DNA of 64,000 nt. Origin: Vitrella brassicaformis CCMP3155 (Eukaryota > Protista > Chromerida). Both the position numbers and the translations under genes were made by a program. The notes beneath the pieces were generated by a model. That model was given only the letters and a program-made list of their open reading frames with translations, ran no database searches and was not told the origin of the DNA. Positions 28,885 to 40,691 of this stretch are shown one piece after another. The first letter of the stretch is position 1. Each line of letters starts with the position of its first letter. The stretch covers positions 62,001-126,000 of the forward strand of contig CDMY01000304.1 of the NCBI GenBank assembly GCA_001179505.1. The letters run 5' to 3'.

Positions 28885-31800
28885 ATGGAGCCACTGGCAG
28901 AACAGCCGCCGGCCTTCAGGTCACTAGACCTGCAGACCAGCACACGCAGATCGGGCGGGACAGATCCCTCACACGCGAACCCAGATGTGCTGCGGCGGGC
29001 CGACTTGCTGCTCGAGGGGATGAAGCGGCCACAAAGAATGACCCGGGAGGAGATCACCAGGTCGTGGGCGACGCATGCAATCCTCCTTCCTTCATGATTT
29101 GTCGGTCGTCCGTCTGTTTATGCAGGTGGAGAGATATCAGGGACAAGGAAGGGGAGGAGGCAGAAGACCCCGGCGGCGCACTGCACGACTTTGCCATCAG
29201 CCAGGTAGAAAACACTGGCTATTTAACTCTGTTCAGGCTTCTGTGAGTGCATGGACTGCTCGTTTCTTTGCAGCTTGGGGCGCTTCGTTCATGCCTGGAG
29301 ACGGAGATTGACCTTACGTACCAGGCGACACGCATCAAGTCGGCAGAGGCACAAGCGCCTGCACCAGCTGCCAAGGCACCTTCCCAGCAGCAGCAGCAGC
29401 AGCAGTCGGTGTCAATTCTCGAGCAGACATGTCCACAGATGCAGATCACTGTGGTGCCGACGAGCTACGCCTCGAGCAAGAGAAAGGCCGGCCATCTCCC
29501 GATCTCCATCCTCACCTCAATGCCCGCGGTCGCCTCCCCATCGGCACAGCAAGTATGCCAGCCACCTTTCGTTTCATTGTATTGTTTGCCTTGCTTGCTT
29601 TATTCATGGGAATGAACACCGTTTCGGTCAGGCAGTCACACTGCGGTCTCGGCCAATACGGCAGAGAATTCGTGTCAAGGGGGGCGACATGATCGAGACC
29701 TACATCTACGCCCTGCAGCTCGACGCCAAGATGGGTGAGCCCATGCAGGTCACTCTAGAACCGCCAGTCGACGCACGAGACACATCCGTCTCGCCGAGAC
29801 ATGAAGAGCCGCCAACAGCCCCCGCTCCCTCTTCCCTCCCACCTGCTGCCCCCTCCCCCGCCCCCTGCTTCGCCCCACCGCCTCCTTTGGCCGGCCCCAG
29901 TGTTGCGACGGATGTGCCCATCACGCCCTCCATGCTGCGATCAACGTCCGGGAAAGAAAGGGACGAGCATGACAGGGAGAGAGACACGCGGTCGCCCGTG
30001 CCAACGCTCACCGGCTTCCAGTCGTCTGTCGATATGGCCAGCCGGCCGCTGACGCGATTGACGACGCGGCCGCACACAAGGCTGGACAAGCCAATGGGTG
30101 TGCCTGGGGCCGTGCCTGAGGATGTGCCTGAGGAGCGGGCGCATCAAGTGCCGGTGGCAGCTGAGCCCTCTCTGCGGAGCGATTCGCCGCACTTCTACGC
30201 CTTCCATGACCGGAGCAGCAGGGCGCCTTCTCCCGGCTGTGGCCCCGAAATCGCCTACACGGCCGCATTCCACTACCTCGCTCACCATCTCCAGTCGAGA
30301 GCCACCAAGAGGGAGATTCGCGCCTTTCCATGCAGCCCATTCGTGTTGCCAATCAAGGCAATCCTGCCTCCGGAGATGGCCGTGCCTGTGGAGAAGTCGA
30401 TCATGGATGCGATTGATGTGGCGAGGCGGGCGTCGGTCACAGTGCCGAAGAGCGCCGGTGTGGGAATGGCCGCGAGGAAGAGCGTGGTGATGCCGACGAC
30501 AGGAGTGCTGGGCGAAGAGCTGACATTGGAGGAGGAGAGGGAGGCCGACGATCCTGCGGCGAAGGCACTGACGCCACCGAGCCTCTGGCACTCCAAGTCG
30601 CTGTTCAAGTGAGTGAGAAACAGTGCACAAACAAAGATGCCCACACAAGCTTACAGCGCCTACAAGCATTTCTCTGTCTCTTTCTCCATTCAGGCCTCTC
30701 CTGATCCCCAGCGACCAGGCCATCAGACGCTATCTCTCCCAGCTGACACCGAGACCAGTGCCAGCAGCATTTGCGGACCCCCATGCGGTTGTGAAGCAGT
30801 ACGAGTACCATCATGGCCGACACAAGCAGCAGAGAGAGTCCCTTTCCCCTGAGAGGGGCGGCGATGGGGATGCCGAAGACGCCGCGGAGGACGCGCTGCC
30901 GACTGTGAGTGCGATCGAGGTCATGGAGCAGGATGTGGGCTTCGAGGCACGCGCCAAGGAACAATTCAGGTGCGATACAAACGAGATGGACAAACGAGTG
31001 CCTTTCGGAGTGTCCCTCAATGTGTGTGTGCGTGTGTGTGTCTGCAGGTGGTTCCGCTCTCTCCTCCGCACCTTGGCCACCTCCCCAAGTGGTGGTCTTG
31101 CGATGGCCCAGAGCCTCGAGCTGGTCGTCAAGTCGCTCGTGCTCACGATCGACGGCGAGCTCAGTGCCCACCAGGAGTACATTTCTCAGCTTGAGAGGAT
31201 CATCGATCGCGTCAAGGACCACCACGTGCATGCCACGGCATACAAGACCAAGCTCGATGAAATGACGGCTGCGCACGACGCGCTGCGGTGAGCGAAGGGC
31301 TTCCTCCGGGTGTCTGTCTGTCTGTCTGCACACAATCCGTGCTTGTGTGCATCAGACGTGAGCTTGATGAGACGGTCAAGCGCGCCAAGGAGACCGAGAT
31401 GGCACTTGAGGAAAAAGTGGAGGACCTCACAAAAGACCTCGAGGCGCTCTCGCCCAGCACGGGTGGCGGCCTGCAGGGCCTGGCGAAGCTCATGGCCGAC
31501 TACTCCACACTCATGAACGAAATGGAGGTCAGATACGATACCGCATACATCCCTTCCCTCCCACCACACACAAACACTTTCTGTCTATATCTCTCAGGAG
31601 GAGTCTCTGACCCAGCAGCGGCTGTTCAACCAAGTGGGCGTCTGCACCACATCCATGGTTACGACCAGGCAGGGCGACCCGCAGAGCCTGAGACAGAGGG
31701 GCAGAGTGATCGAGCTGAGAACCGGCGAGATGGAACTCAGGTCAGGGATGTGGTGCGTCATTACAAGGGAAATTTCCTTTCTATGTCTCGTTCATAGGCC

Positions 31801-34491
31801 GTATGACATCCGCGATTGCGCGTTGGACGTCACAGAGGCAGACATAGGCCAGGCCGCCACCGACACATCGAGGCCAATACGCACCATCCACCCGTCCATT
31901 CGAAGACTTGTCGCTGCGCACGACCCGAAAACTTTCGTAAGCGCCATTTTAGACGTGCATCCTCGCCACAAAGTGTTCCTGGGCACTTGCGCCGTGCGTG
32001 CAGGTGGACGTGTCGTCGGACGAGCTGCTGATGGAGGCAGAGCGCATCTACGCGCACAAGACGGAGATGGAGGCCAACCAGCCCACCCGGCCGCGCAGCT
32101 CCCTCTACGACTTCTGCCTTTACCACTACACACAGCAAATGGGCCTCATCTCACTGGCAGAAAAACGGGTGCCGATCCGTCTACACATATAAGGGGCGAG
32201 ACACATAGCCACTGCGCTGTGTGGGCAGGTGTACGCCTTGCTGGCAGCCCTCGACCGCAAGATGACTCGGGCGGGGGGATCTGCTGCGAAAATGTCGATA
32301 CCTCTGAGGCTCTTCGCTGGGTGACTCACCCCTCCCACCCAAACACCCACACACGGTTGCACATATGCGCAAACGGCTCCCTTCACTCCATGTCTCGCTA
32401 TCGACAGCTTCTTGGAGTTCGCCGACACGTCCTTCGTCTACCCCTTGCCAGTGCTCAACATCTTTCTCCACTTGAAGCGCCAAATCCACAGCCTCGTCGA
32501 CTCCCCGCCCGTCGGCGGCCCTCTCGTCCTCACCCCACACACAGCCGCGGCTAATGTGGGGCTCATCGACGCCGTGCAGGCCTACAAAATGGCCTGCTTC
32601 TCACTGCAGGTAACTAAATGAAAGGGCAACGGAAATCACAAGCCTCCTTTTCGTGTGTGCTGTCCGTTTGTGTACGTGTATGGGTGTGGGGAATAAATAG
32701 GGCATTTCGGCGCCAGGATTTGAGCGGCTGGTCACCGCAATTGCTGCCGGGTGCACTGTGGAGGTGCCCGCCAAAAACGGATCGTCGGGCTTCACAAAAG
32801 TGGACATCTCACTTGCGAGACGTAAGGTGATCATGCTGGCCAAGCTGGTGCGCACCACACTGACCTCTGGGCTGCCCGCCAACCCCAATGCTTCCGGCAA
32901 CGGCACGCTCATGCGGACGATCCTGACGCGGCTGGAGATGTACCGTGATCAGGGCGGGGAGGCGTCGGGACCAAAAATCGACCACCAGCAATTCAAAGAG
33001 GCAAGTAAAGTCAGAGAGCCGCTTTTCTCTTCTGACGTGTGTGTGTATGTGTGTGTGTGCAGGGTTTGCTATCATGTGGCGTCATGGCCGAGGAGCCGAC
33101 GTGGGCAGATGAGCTGGATCAGCAGCAGAGGGGCTTCATCGACCCCACCACCACACTGCAGTACTTCACCGCACAGCCGCACCAGCATCCGACAAGAATC
33201 GATGCGGTGCGGCTGTCCGTCGACGAGTATTCCCTCCTAGATGCCGCCGTGTCGGCCTTCATGACCGACTTCCGGTATGTGAGAAAACTACCNNNNNNNN
33301 NNNNNNNNNNNNNNNNNNNNNNNNNNNNNNNNNNNNNNNNNNNNNNNNNNNNNNNNNNNNNNNNNNNNNNNNNNNNNNNNNNNNNNNNNNNNNNNNNNNN
33401 NNNNNNNNNNNNNNNNNNNNNNNNNNNNNNNNNNNNNNNNNNNNNNNNNNNNNNNNNNNNNNNNNNNNNNNNNNNNNNNNNNNNNNNNNNNNNNNNNNNN
33501 NNNNNNNNNNNNNNNNNNNNNNNNNNNNNNNNNNNNNNNNNNNNNNNNNNNNNNNNNNNNNNNNNNNNNNNNNNNNNNNNNNNNNNNNNNNNCCCCCCCC
33601 CACACACACGACACACATCATTCTCTTTGCGTGTGGGTATGTATGGGGCTGCGCGAACAGTGCCGCCATGACCTCAGCCTTGACCATCTTCCGTCAGCTG
33701 CGGGAGGCACCCCCAGAACCACCACCGGCTGCCACCGATGGCCAGCAGAAGCAAGCCAAAGCGACAAAGGATGAAGACTCAGAAAGCTCCGAAGAAGAGC
33801 AGCCAGTACCGGCTGTGGAACAGCCGCAGAATAAGCTTCCCGCGCGGCAGCCTTCTGCCTTTATGCTTCGGGATGGGGAGGATGTGTGGAAATGGGAGGA
33901 CATGAGGAGGCTCATACACTCGGTGGCGCCACAGGCAAACCCAAATAGATAGACAAACAGACAGACGTGAGCCACCGGTACTTGAGTGTCCGTCTCGGTG
34001 TGCCCCACTGTGTGTGATGTGAAGGTGAGTGAGTCTGAGTCGTGGCGGTTCTACCGCGCCTGCGTCGACCTCTCACACGCATGCACCAAGGTAAGCTGTA
34101 GTAGGCCGATGGACGCACACAGGCATCCCCCCTGTGTCTGTGTCTTGCCCATATCGGTGACTCAGCGTCCTCTGTCAATGTGCCATTTCGAGCCTCACGT
34201 CGACGAGTTGCCCTCACACGGAGGCGACAGCATCCCAGAGCACGTCTTCATGCTGGCGTCTCTCCGCGAAATGCTCTTCTACGGCACCGAGACGGCCGCA
34301 GAGGGAACGCCACAGGCGGGCAGATGGACACAGCCTTCACCGCCGAACACCGCACCTTCCGGACGGGTAAGCTCAGATGATGCATGGGAGCAGACAGCGC
34401 CCGCCCAAGACTTAATTTTCTTTGTTTGGCTGTCTGCGTGCAGAGTGAGGTGCGGAGAGCGGCGGCCAAGAAGGGCGACAAGAAAAAGTGA
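28885..34491 (+). CDS. Large multi-exon protein, Pro-rich N-terminus and central coiled coil; weak resemblance to TSNAXIP1-like ciliary proteins; spans the gap at 33293-33592
   Basis: Splice-consistent exons, e.g. QEYISQLERIIDRVKDHH...LDEMTAAHDALR|RELDETVKRAKETEMALEEKVEDL and SLYDFCLYHYTQQMGLISLAEK|VYALLAALD; last exon SEVRRAAAKKGDKKK* ends at 34491. Continuity across the gap is assumed; the family call is from memory only. Confidence 0.6.
33293..33592. other. Assembly gap (300 N)
   Basis: Run of N. Confidence 1.
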
Positions 34492-34806
34492 ATGCCGGGG
34501 GCATCGATGGATGAATGGGCAGATACTTTTGGGTGGCCGGTTGGCTTGGCATGCCTGTGTTAGTACTTACGTGCGACGGAATCGAATCGCAGCAGTTGTT
34601 AAGGACGCAGACAGCCAGCTGGGTGGAGGGAGTGTGAAAGTGAAGGCAGCTCTCAAGAGACCGACCGACACAAAGGAGTGAGTTCAATCGCTCAGCCTGC
34701 TATTCAGACCACCTCTCTGCATCATCTGCTTGCCGCTTGCGCCGCTGCGTCATTCGTTCAATCCTCTTGCACAAACCGAACTTAGCTCGCAAATGAATGC
34801 GCCGCA

Positions 34807-36293
34807 ATGGCTGCATCTGGTGACGATGATAGTCTCTCGTGCAGCATCTGTAGCAGCGGATTCACGAGCACAGGGGAGCACGAGCCGCGGCAACTTAGAT
34901 GCGGTAAGGACGTGTGCCCACCACGAATGACTGGCGGAGGGAAGGAGCGCCGAGGGCGCTCTAGCTCTGTGTGTGACACTGTGCTGTTGTTTGTCTGTCA
35001 GGCCACTCGTATTGCGCACATGTGAGAATCTCAACAAAGAGGCAGCTGTGAATTATGTACTGAAGCCTGGGGGCACGTGTGTGGTGTGTGGTGTCCAGTG
35101 TGTTGGAGACCTCCGTCGCAATGCCCAAAACAACATCATCAGATGCCCTCTCAGGTGCCGGTAAGGCACAGGAATTGACACAGGACGACTCTCCATGCTC
35201 ACTTTCTTCGCTTCGTGTGCCGTCTTCGCTGCCGTATCGTTCAGGGTGACCACGCCAGCCGCCAAGGATATTCCGAAGAATTACCTGGCAGCGGCAGCAA
35301 TCGAGCGTCATGAGCAGCAAGGTATGCGAATGCATGCACATGAGTGCACCGGAGGCTCTGTGTGGCAATGTTCGTCTCGTTCTGCTGGTGTGTGTAGAGC
35401 GTGCTCGCATGGCTGCGTTGTACAAGTGCGTCACGGCTGCCCATTTGCTGACTCGTGATGAGACCCATATGGTCATCAAAACGTGTCACCTGGAGCATGA
35501 GGTGGACATGGAGGCGGGGCTGTCATCGATGCGCTCGCGGCTCCACACACTGATGACAGTATGTCATGGCTGGAGAGATCACACGTGGCCATGTCACGAT
35601 GTCATCCTATGCTATTCTATGTAGTCACCGATTGAGGGCAGCGTTGTGAGCAGGTTTCAGGCCAAGTTGCTCACTAAGTGGATCGAGGGCAACAAGTCGT
35701 TGCGGTCCATCTACCGGTGAACAAACGCAAAACAAACTGAGACAGAGGGCTAGACTTACCTTTTCTGTCTATGTGTGTGTGTGTGCTGCTCATTCAGGGC
35801 GACTCGTGACGGACCATCGTACACGGACTTCCTGCGGTGTGTAGGAGATGCAAAGGGCCTGGTGTTCTTCATCTCCAAGGACACCTACCTGTTCGGCGCC
35901 TACATCAGAGACGGCATCAAGCCACCCGATGACCTAAGAGGCCAGAACGACTACAAGTGTGATGGGTGGCAATTCTCGCTGTCAGGCCACTTCCACAACC
36001 CGACAAGACTGACGGAGGGGAGGTGGGATGTGTCGGTTGCCGGGCGGGAGAGGCCACCGTCACGTTACCCACCCTCGCTCATCGTGTTTTGGGCTGTAGT
36101 AGCTGGGAGTGGGGCGCTATGCCTGGGTCATGGGCATGTAGGTTTTTCATCCATGCGCGAATGCGGTCAGTGCCTGTGGGGCCATGATGTGCCTGAGGGC
36201 TATCTCGGGGTGAGAAATGAGTATGGCGGTGCTGTGTTCGGTGGCAGCGACCGGTTCATGGCTGATGATGTGGAGGTGCTGAGAGTCACGTGA
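34807..36293 (+). CDS. RING-finger + TLDc domain protein
   Basis: N-terminal CSICSSGF...EPRQLRCG|HSYC...IIRCPLRCR (RING-like), and C-terminal SIY|RATRDGPSYTDFLRCVGDAKGLVFFI...LFGAY...WQFSL...FGGSDRFMADDVEVLRV* (TLDc-like). Confidence 0.75.
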
Positions 36294-36439
36294 GGCGCGC
36301 GTGAGTGAGAGGTTAATTAGATCACGGGACAGATCAGGTGTGGGCACACGCACGCCAGCGTCGATCTAATGAATATCTACGGTTGCACATGCAGCCGTTG
36401 TGATCTACAAATGCCGCTGACGATTGACGACAGCCACCA

Positions 36440-38910
36440 ATGCTGACGGCATTGCTCCCCTCCTGTCTGCTGCTTCTCGGCACGGCAGCCAGCGCGCATG
36501 CTGCTCACAGCCACACGGCGCTTTGTGGAGGACGCCCAGCGTGTCCCCTGTCAGAGGCACACGCGGCGGTCGGCAGCGCTGTCAGCAATGCCCTCAAGCC
36601 AATCGCTGTCGATTCTCTCTTCGACAACCAGGCCGTTCTGAACACGACTGATGAGCGAGTGACGGACGCCATCTTCTGTCAGCTGAAGGCTACCGATGTC
36701 GCCGTCGGCGAAACAGCGCCGAAGACCATTGAGCTGATCGGCCCGAGGATTGTCTTTGAAGGTCCCAATGCCACCCTCTGGAGGATCGGCACGGCCATCA
36801 CTCTCGAGAATGGCCTTGTGAGCATCAGCTTGAGCAGCAACACAGACATCGAGGGCGAGGACACTTTTGAGGTCAACATCGACGCCTCCGCGGCTGCCAG
36901 CAACAGGAGCAGCCCCGGCATAGACGCCATGTGCGATGTCTTGGTGGCCGCAATGGACACCGAGCATCCTCGGCTGGCTGTGAGCCAGGACGGCTCTCAC
37001 GTCAGGGTCTCCCCCCTAAGGCGCAAAGCCTCCAGCACGATAGGAGGCCCACACAAACCGAGGACGGACGAGCCGGGCATGCTCAGCCTGCTGCAGGCTT
37101 ACCAACACGCCGTCAGCGAACCAGACAAGGAGCTCTTGGCGGTCGCGAAAAGGGAACTCCAGCGCCGCAACGATCGGCTTGTGGGCGAAGGGTTTCTGGC
37201 CAACGACAAGCTGATCAAGGACGCGGGCAAGCTCCTGAAAGAGCCCATCACCGAGGCGCCCACTGAGGAGAAGGTGCCGAACCTGGTCGTGCCGACAGTG
37301 GTGCCTGGGCAGGACGGCGTGTTCCCGCGATTCGACGAGCTGATCGACGCCGTGCCGTCGACCAACCTGGGTGACGCGTTGCGCGCCATCGGCATCCCTA
37401 TCACGGAGAGATACGTCAACAGCACTGTCGGTCAAGTGCAAAACGCCATCGGCGACCTCGTCAATTCAATCGAGGTCAGGTCACGCACATATACACAGAT
37501 ACACAGAACGAAGATCGGTGCTTGCATGTGTGTGTCGACGCATCCTCGTTCAGCGATTTGTAACGGCGTACATCACGCCGGAGAACCTCGATCGCCTGGA
37601 GCTGGAGCCGCTTGTGAGTGCTATCGAGCAGGCAGCGTTGGGGCTCTCGCCGCTCTACCAAGTCAATGCCACCGACCCCATCTACACAGTAAGTACGCCA
37701 CACACCCGCATCCGTGCGCCCTTCGCTTCCTCGATGTGTCCTTTTTCTCCTTTGCAGTTCGCCCGCGGGGTCACGGAGAACGTCTGGTCGGCGTCCCAGC
37801 TCGTGGACCGGCCGGAGGCTCAGCGAGTTGTCGACGATCTGGTGCAGGACCGTCTTGCAGATGCCATTGCGTAAGCGGCAGACGATACGCAGAAAGGGAG
37901 TAATTGTGGGGTGTGTGTGTGAATGCAGGTGTGCTATTATTGGCAACAGCAACAGTGAGAAGTGCCCTGTGGACTCTATCCTTCCCGCATCGCCGTTGCT
38001 GGTCCCGACTACCCCAACACCCGGGGGAGTCATCAACTCATTCGGCTTTCCGCGTACGTAGGCTCGCTCTCACACAGCTAGAAAATTCATGTTTTACTGG
38101 TGTGTAATGTGTGGATGATGTGTGCCCCGCCATGTCATGGAACTGACATCAGAGTGCATCGAGGTGAGCGGCTACCAACCACTTTGCGAGCCGATCAACT
38201 TCGCCGGCGGCCTTGCGTGCATCGCTGGCCGATCCCTCGAGCCCCAGAACTTCGACGGTATCAAAAGACAGACAGACCGCACAGACACCACACACGCATC
38301 CATTCACCTGGGCTCTGGTGTCTGTCTGTCTGTTCCCCAGGTGTCTACACGTTTGACATTCTAGACCGGTTCGGCTTCCCCATCTACGGGAAGGGAGCGC
38401 GCCTCACGGGGGAGGTCGTCGATTTCCCCTTCTCCCAGGCGACAAGAGAACTCTTTCTCTCGCGGACGCCCGGCGAAGTGGGCACCAACACCTTCCTCCC
38501 ACAAGTGGGCACCTTCGGGACCATCACGCCCAACGAGCCGAACTTTAACGTAGGCAGAACAAACGCTCACATACATCAGATCAGACGACGTGTTGTGATA
38601 TGATATGTGCTGGGTGCAGGAGGTGGGCCTGGGCACCCGTCCGCCATTCGCCACTACGGCAGCGGGCGAGGGCGAGAGCATCGCGCCCATCGGCTGTGAT
38701 GCGATCGATCCATTTGGCGGTGAGGGGTTTCCTCAGTGTCTCTCGGGTGGCACGTGGATCTTGGGCCGTGCCGGCAGTGGCACCTGCACGGGGGTGGTCA
38801 TCCAGGGTGGTGCCAGCTGCATTTTTGGCCTGCCCTCCCCGCAGATCGAGGAGATCACCATCACGCCAGTCGACTGCCCGTTCCTCCCGCCACCCTTCCC
38901 GAGGCCATAG
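36440..38910 (+). CDS. Secreted protein of unknown function (signal peptide, ~7 exons, Cys/Gly-rich C-terminus)
   Basis: MLTALLPSCLLLLGTAASAHA signal-like start, a ~345-codon first exon, then splice-bounded exons ending ...CIFGLPSPQIEEITITPVDCPFLPPPFPRP* at 38910. Confidence 0.7.
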
Positions 38911-39534
38911 ATGACTAGACGGGCAGCCAGACAGACGGGGAGACCTTGATTGATTGTGTCGTGTGGCCTGTTGCCCATTAGGTCGGTCCTATCCTATGCG
39001 GTCGAATATTCTATATGTACATGTACGTGTGTGTGCGTCTTATCTCTGAGTCTCGCTTGTCTGCCTGAATAGATGGGATGGAGATCCTGTCGGTCGATTT
39101 GCATGTTATGTTGGTGCGGTGCGTGCCTCCGCTGTCCGCGCTGTTACATATTTGTCTTGTTGGTCGGTCGCTACGTACCTGTTTATTCGTACGTCTGTGG
39201 CTGCATTTCATCGCCGAGAGTGAAAATGCTCTCATACAAACACTTTCATGTGGCTGTGTGCCTGCCCTCTGTGTGTGTGTGTGTTCCCTGTCGGGGTGGG
39301 GGTTCGTGTGTGGATGGAATTCAAACCAGGTTCAAAACACCGTCTTGCGTGTGCCAATTATTTGATCGGGGGGATAAGGAGATGATTGACGATGGGATGC
39401 ATGTGCGTGTGTTGTGGGCATCGGCGACTGAGGGACACGCCCAGACGAACAACCGAACGACGAACAGTAGTTAGCAACAAGCAACTAAATGTCTTCCACA
39501 CATGCACCCCTTCAGCCACCAGCCGTCACTCCCA

Positions 39535-40443
39535 TCACACGATAGATAATCCGTGCAGCGGCTGCATGCCGCACCAACACAGCAACAGTTGAGCCACAAA
39601 CCGACCCCCCAATGCGCAACACACGACAGCCACACTCACCCCCCACTCGCCCCCTTTCTTCTCGGCTGACCCTTTCTTGGCCGTCACCACGAGCGTGTTG
39701 AGAGCGATGGTGTTAGCCAAGGCCACGAAGCCCTGCAGCGGCACCGCCATGTGGGCCAGATGGCGCCCATCGCCCCACACCATCAGTAGCAGCACCCCCA
39801 GCTTCCCATGCATCGACAGCAGTGCCGCCGACAGCACGCTCAGGGCACTCGGAGTCTGTGACGGCAGCAGCCGCCTCGTCAGGACGCACAACAGCCACAG
39901 ATAAACCGCCAACTCTCCCGCCGCGCTGACCAGCATTCGCCACTCGGCGTGATGAATGTTGCTGACGCAGCGGTGGTATGTTGTGGCAGATACGAGGCCG
40001 AAACGCGACGATAACCAGCCGACCCACCCGTGGGAATGATCGTCGCACGAGCCACTGCGCGTGAGGGCCCACATGACGTAGGTGTCGAAGAAGAGCACCG
40101 CGATGGCCACCTTGAGCAGAAGTCGCACAAGAGGCCCCGCCCAACCGTCATGCCGCTGCCCCTGCTGTTGGCTTGCGGGAAGGCGGTTGAATAGCACGTG
40201 CCGATAGGCAGCCTGCACACATGGCAGGTACATATGCATCCATTTGATTGTGTCACTCATACGCACCCACCTGACCTGTCTGTGCAGAAGAATGTCGATG
40301 CAGACGAGGAGCGTCTGGTACTCGACGTATCGGTCGGCCGGCGCACCGCACTCGTCGCAGCGCTGCAGAGAGATGTTGCCCCTGCTGTACACGCGATAGA
40401 TGAGAGCAACTGGGGCGCCACACTCCACACAGACGTACGCCAT
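39535..40443 (-). CDS. ARV1: ARV1-like sterol/lipid homeostasis membrane protein
   Basis: MAYVCVECGAPV...YSRGNISLQRCDECGAPADRYVEYQTLLVCIDILLHRQ|AAYRHVLFNR matches the Arv1 homology domain (two CxxC pairs; D-K/R-Y-x-E and YRHxLFN motifs), followed by several TM segments. One intron. Confidence 0.92.
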   Translation of the reverse strand: MAYVCVECGAPVALIYRVYSRGNISLQRCDECGAPADRYVEYQTLLVCIDILLHRQVRWVRMSDTIKWMHMYLPCVQAAYRHVLFNRLPASQQQGQRHDGWAGPLVRLLLKVAIAVLFFDTYVMWALTRSGSCDDHSHGWVGWLSSRFGLVSATTYHRCVSNIHHAEWRMLVSAAGELAVYLWLLCVLTRRLLPSQTPSALSVLSAALLSMHGKLGVLLLMVWGDGRHLAHMAVPLQGFVALANTIALNTLVVTAKKGSAEKKGGEWGVSVAVVCCALGGRFVAQLLLCWCGMQPLHGLSIV

Positions 40444-40691
40444 CCCCCTCAGCTGGCTGCAATTCGCAGATCCATGATAAACGGCAGGTGTCGGAGCCCC
40501 GGGAGCATACAAAGCACCCACGCGCGTCGCGAGCTTGAGCTCGCGACGCCGAGCCAATCGGCCAACTTCAAAACCCACTTTCAACACACTTCCTGATGCC
40601 TCTCAGCCGTAGCATCAGCTAAACACACACGAAGACAGAGCCCTTCCGCTCGTCCATCACAGCCGCCTTCCCTTCTCTCCCCACCCTCGCT

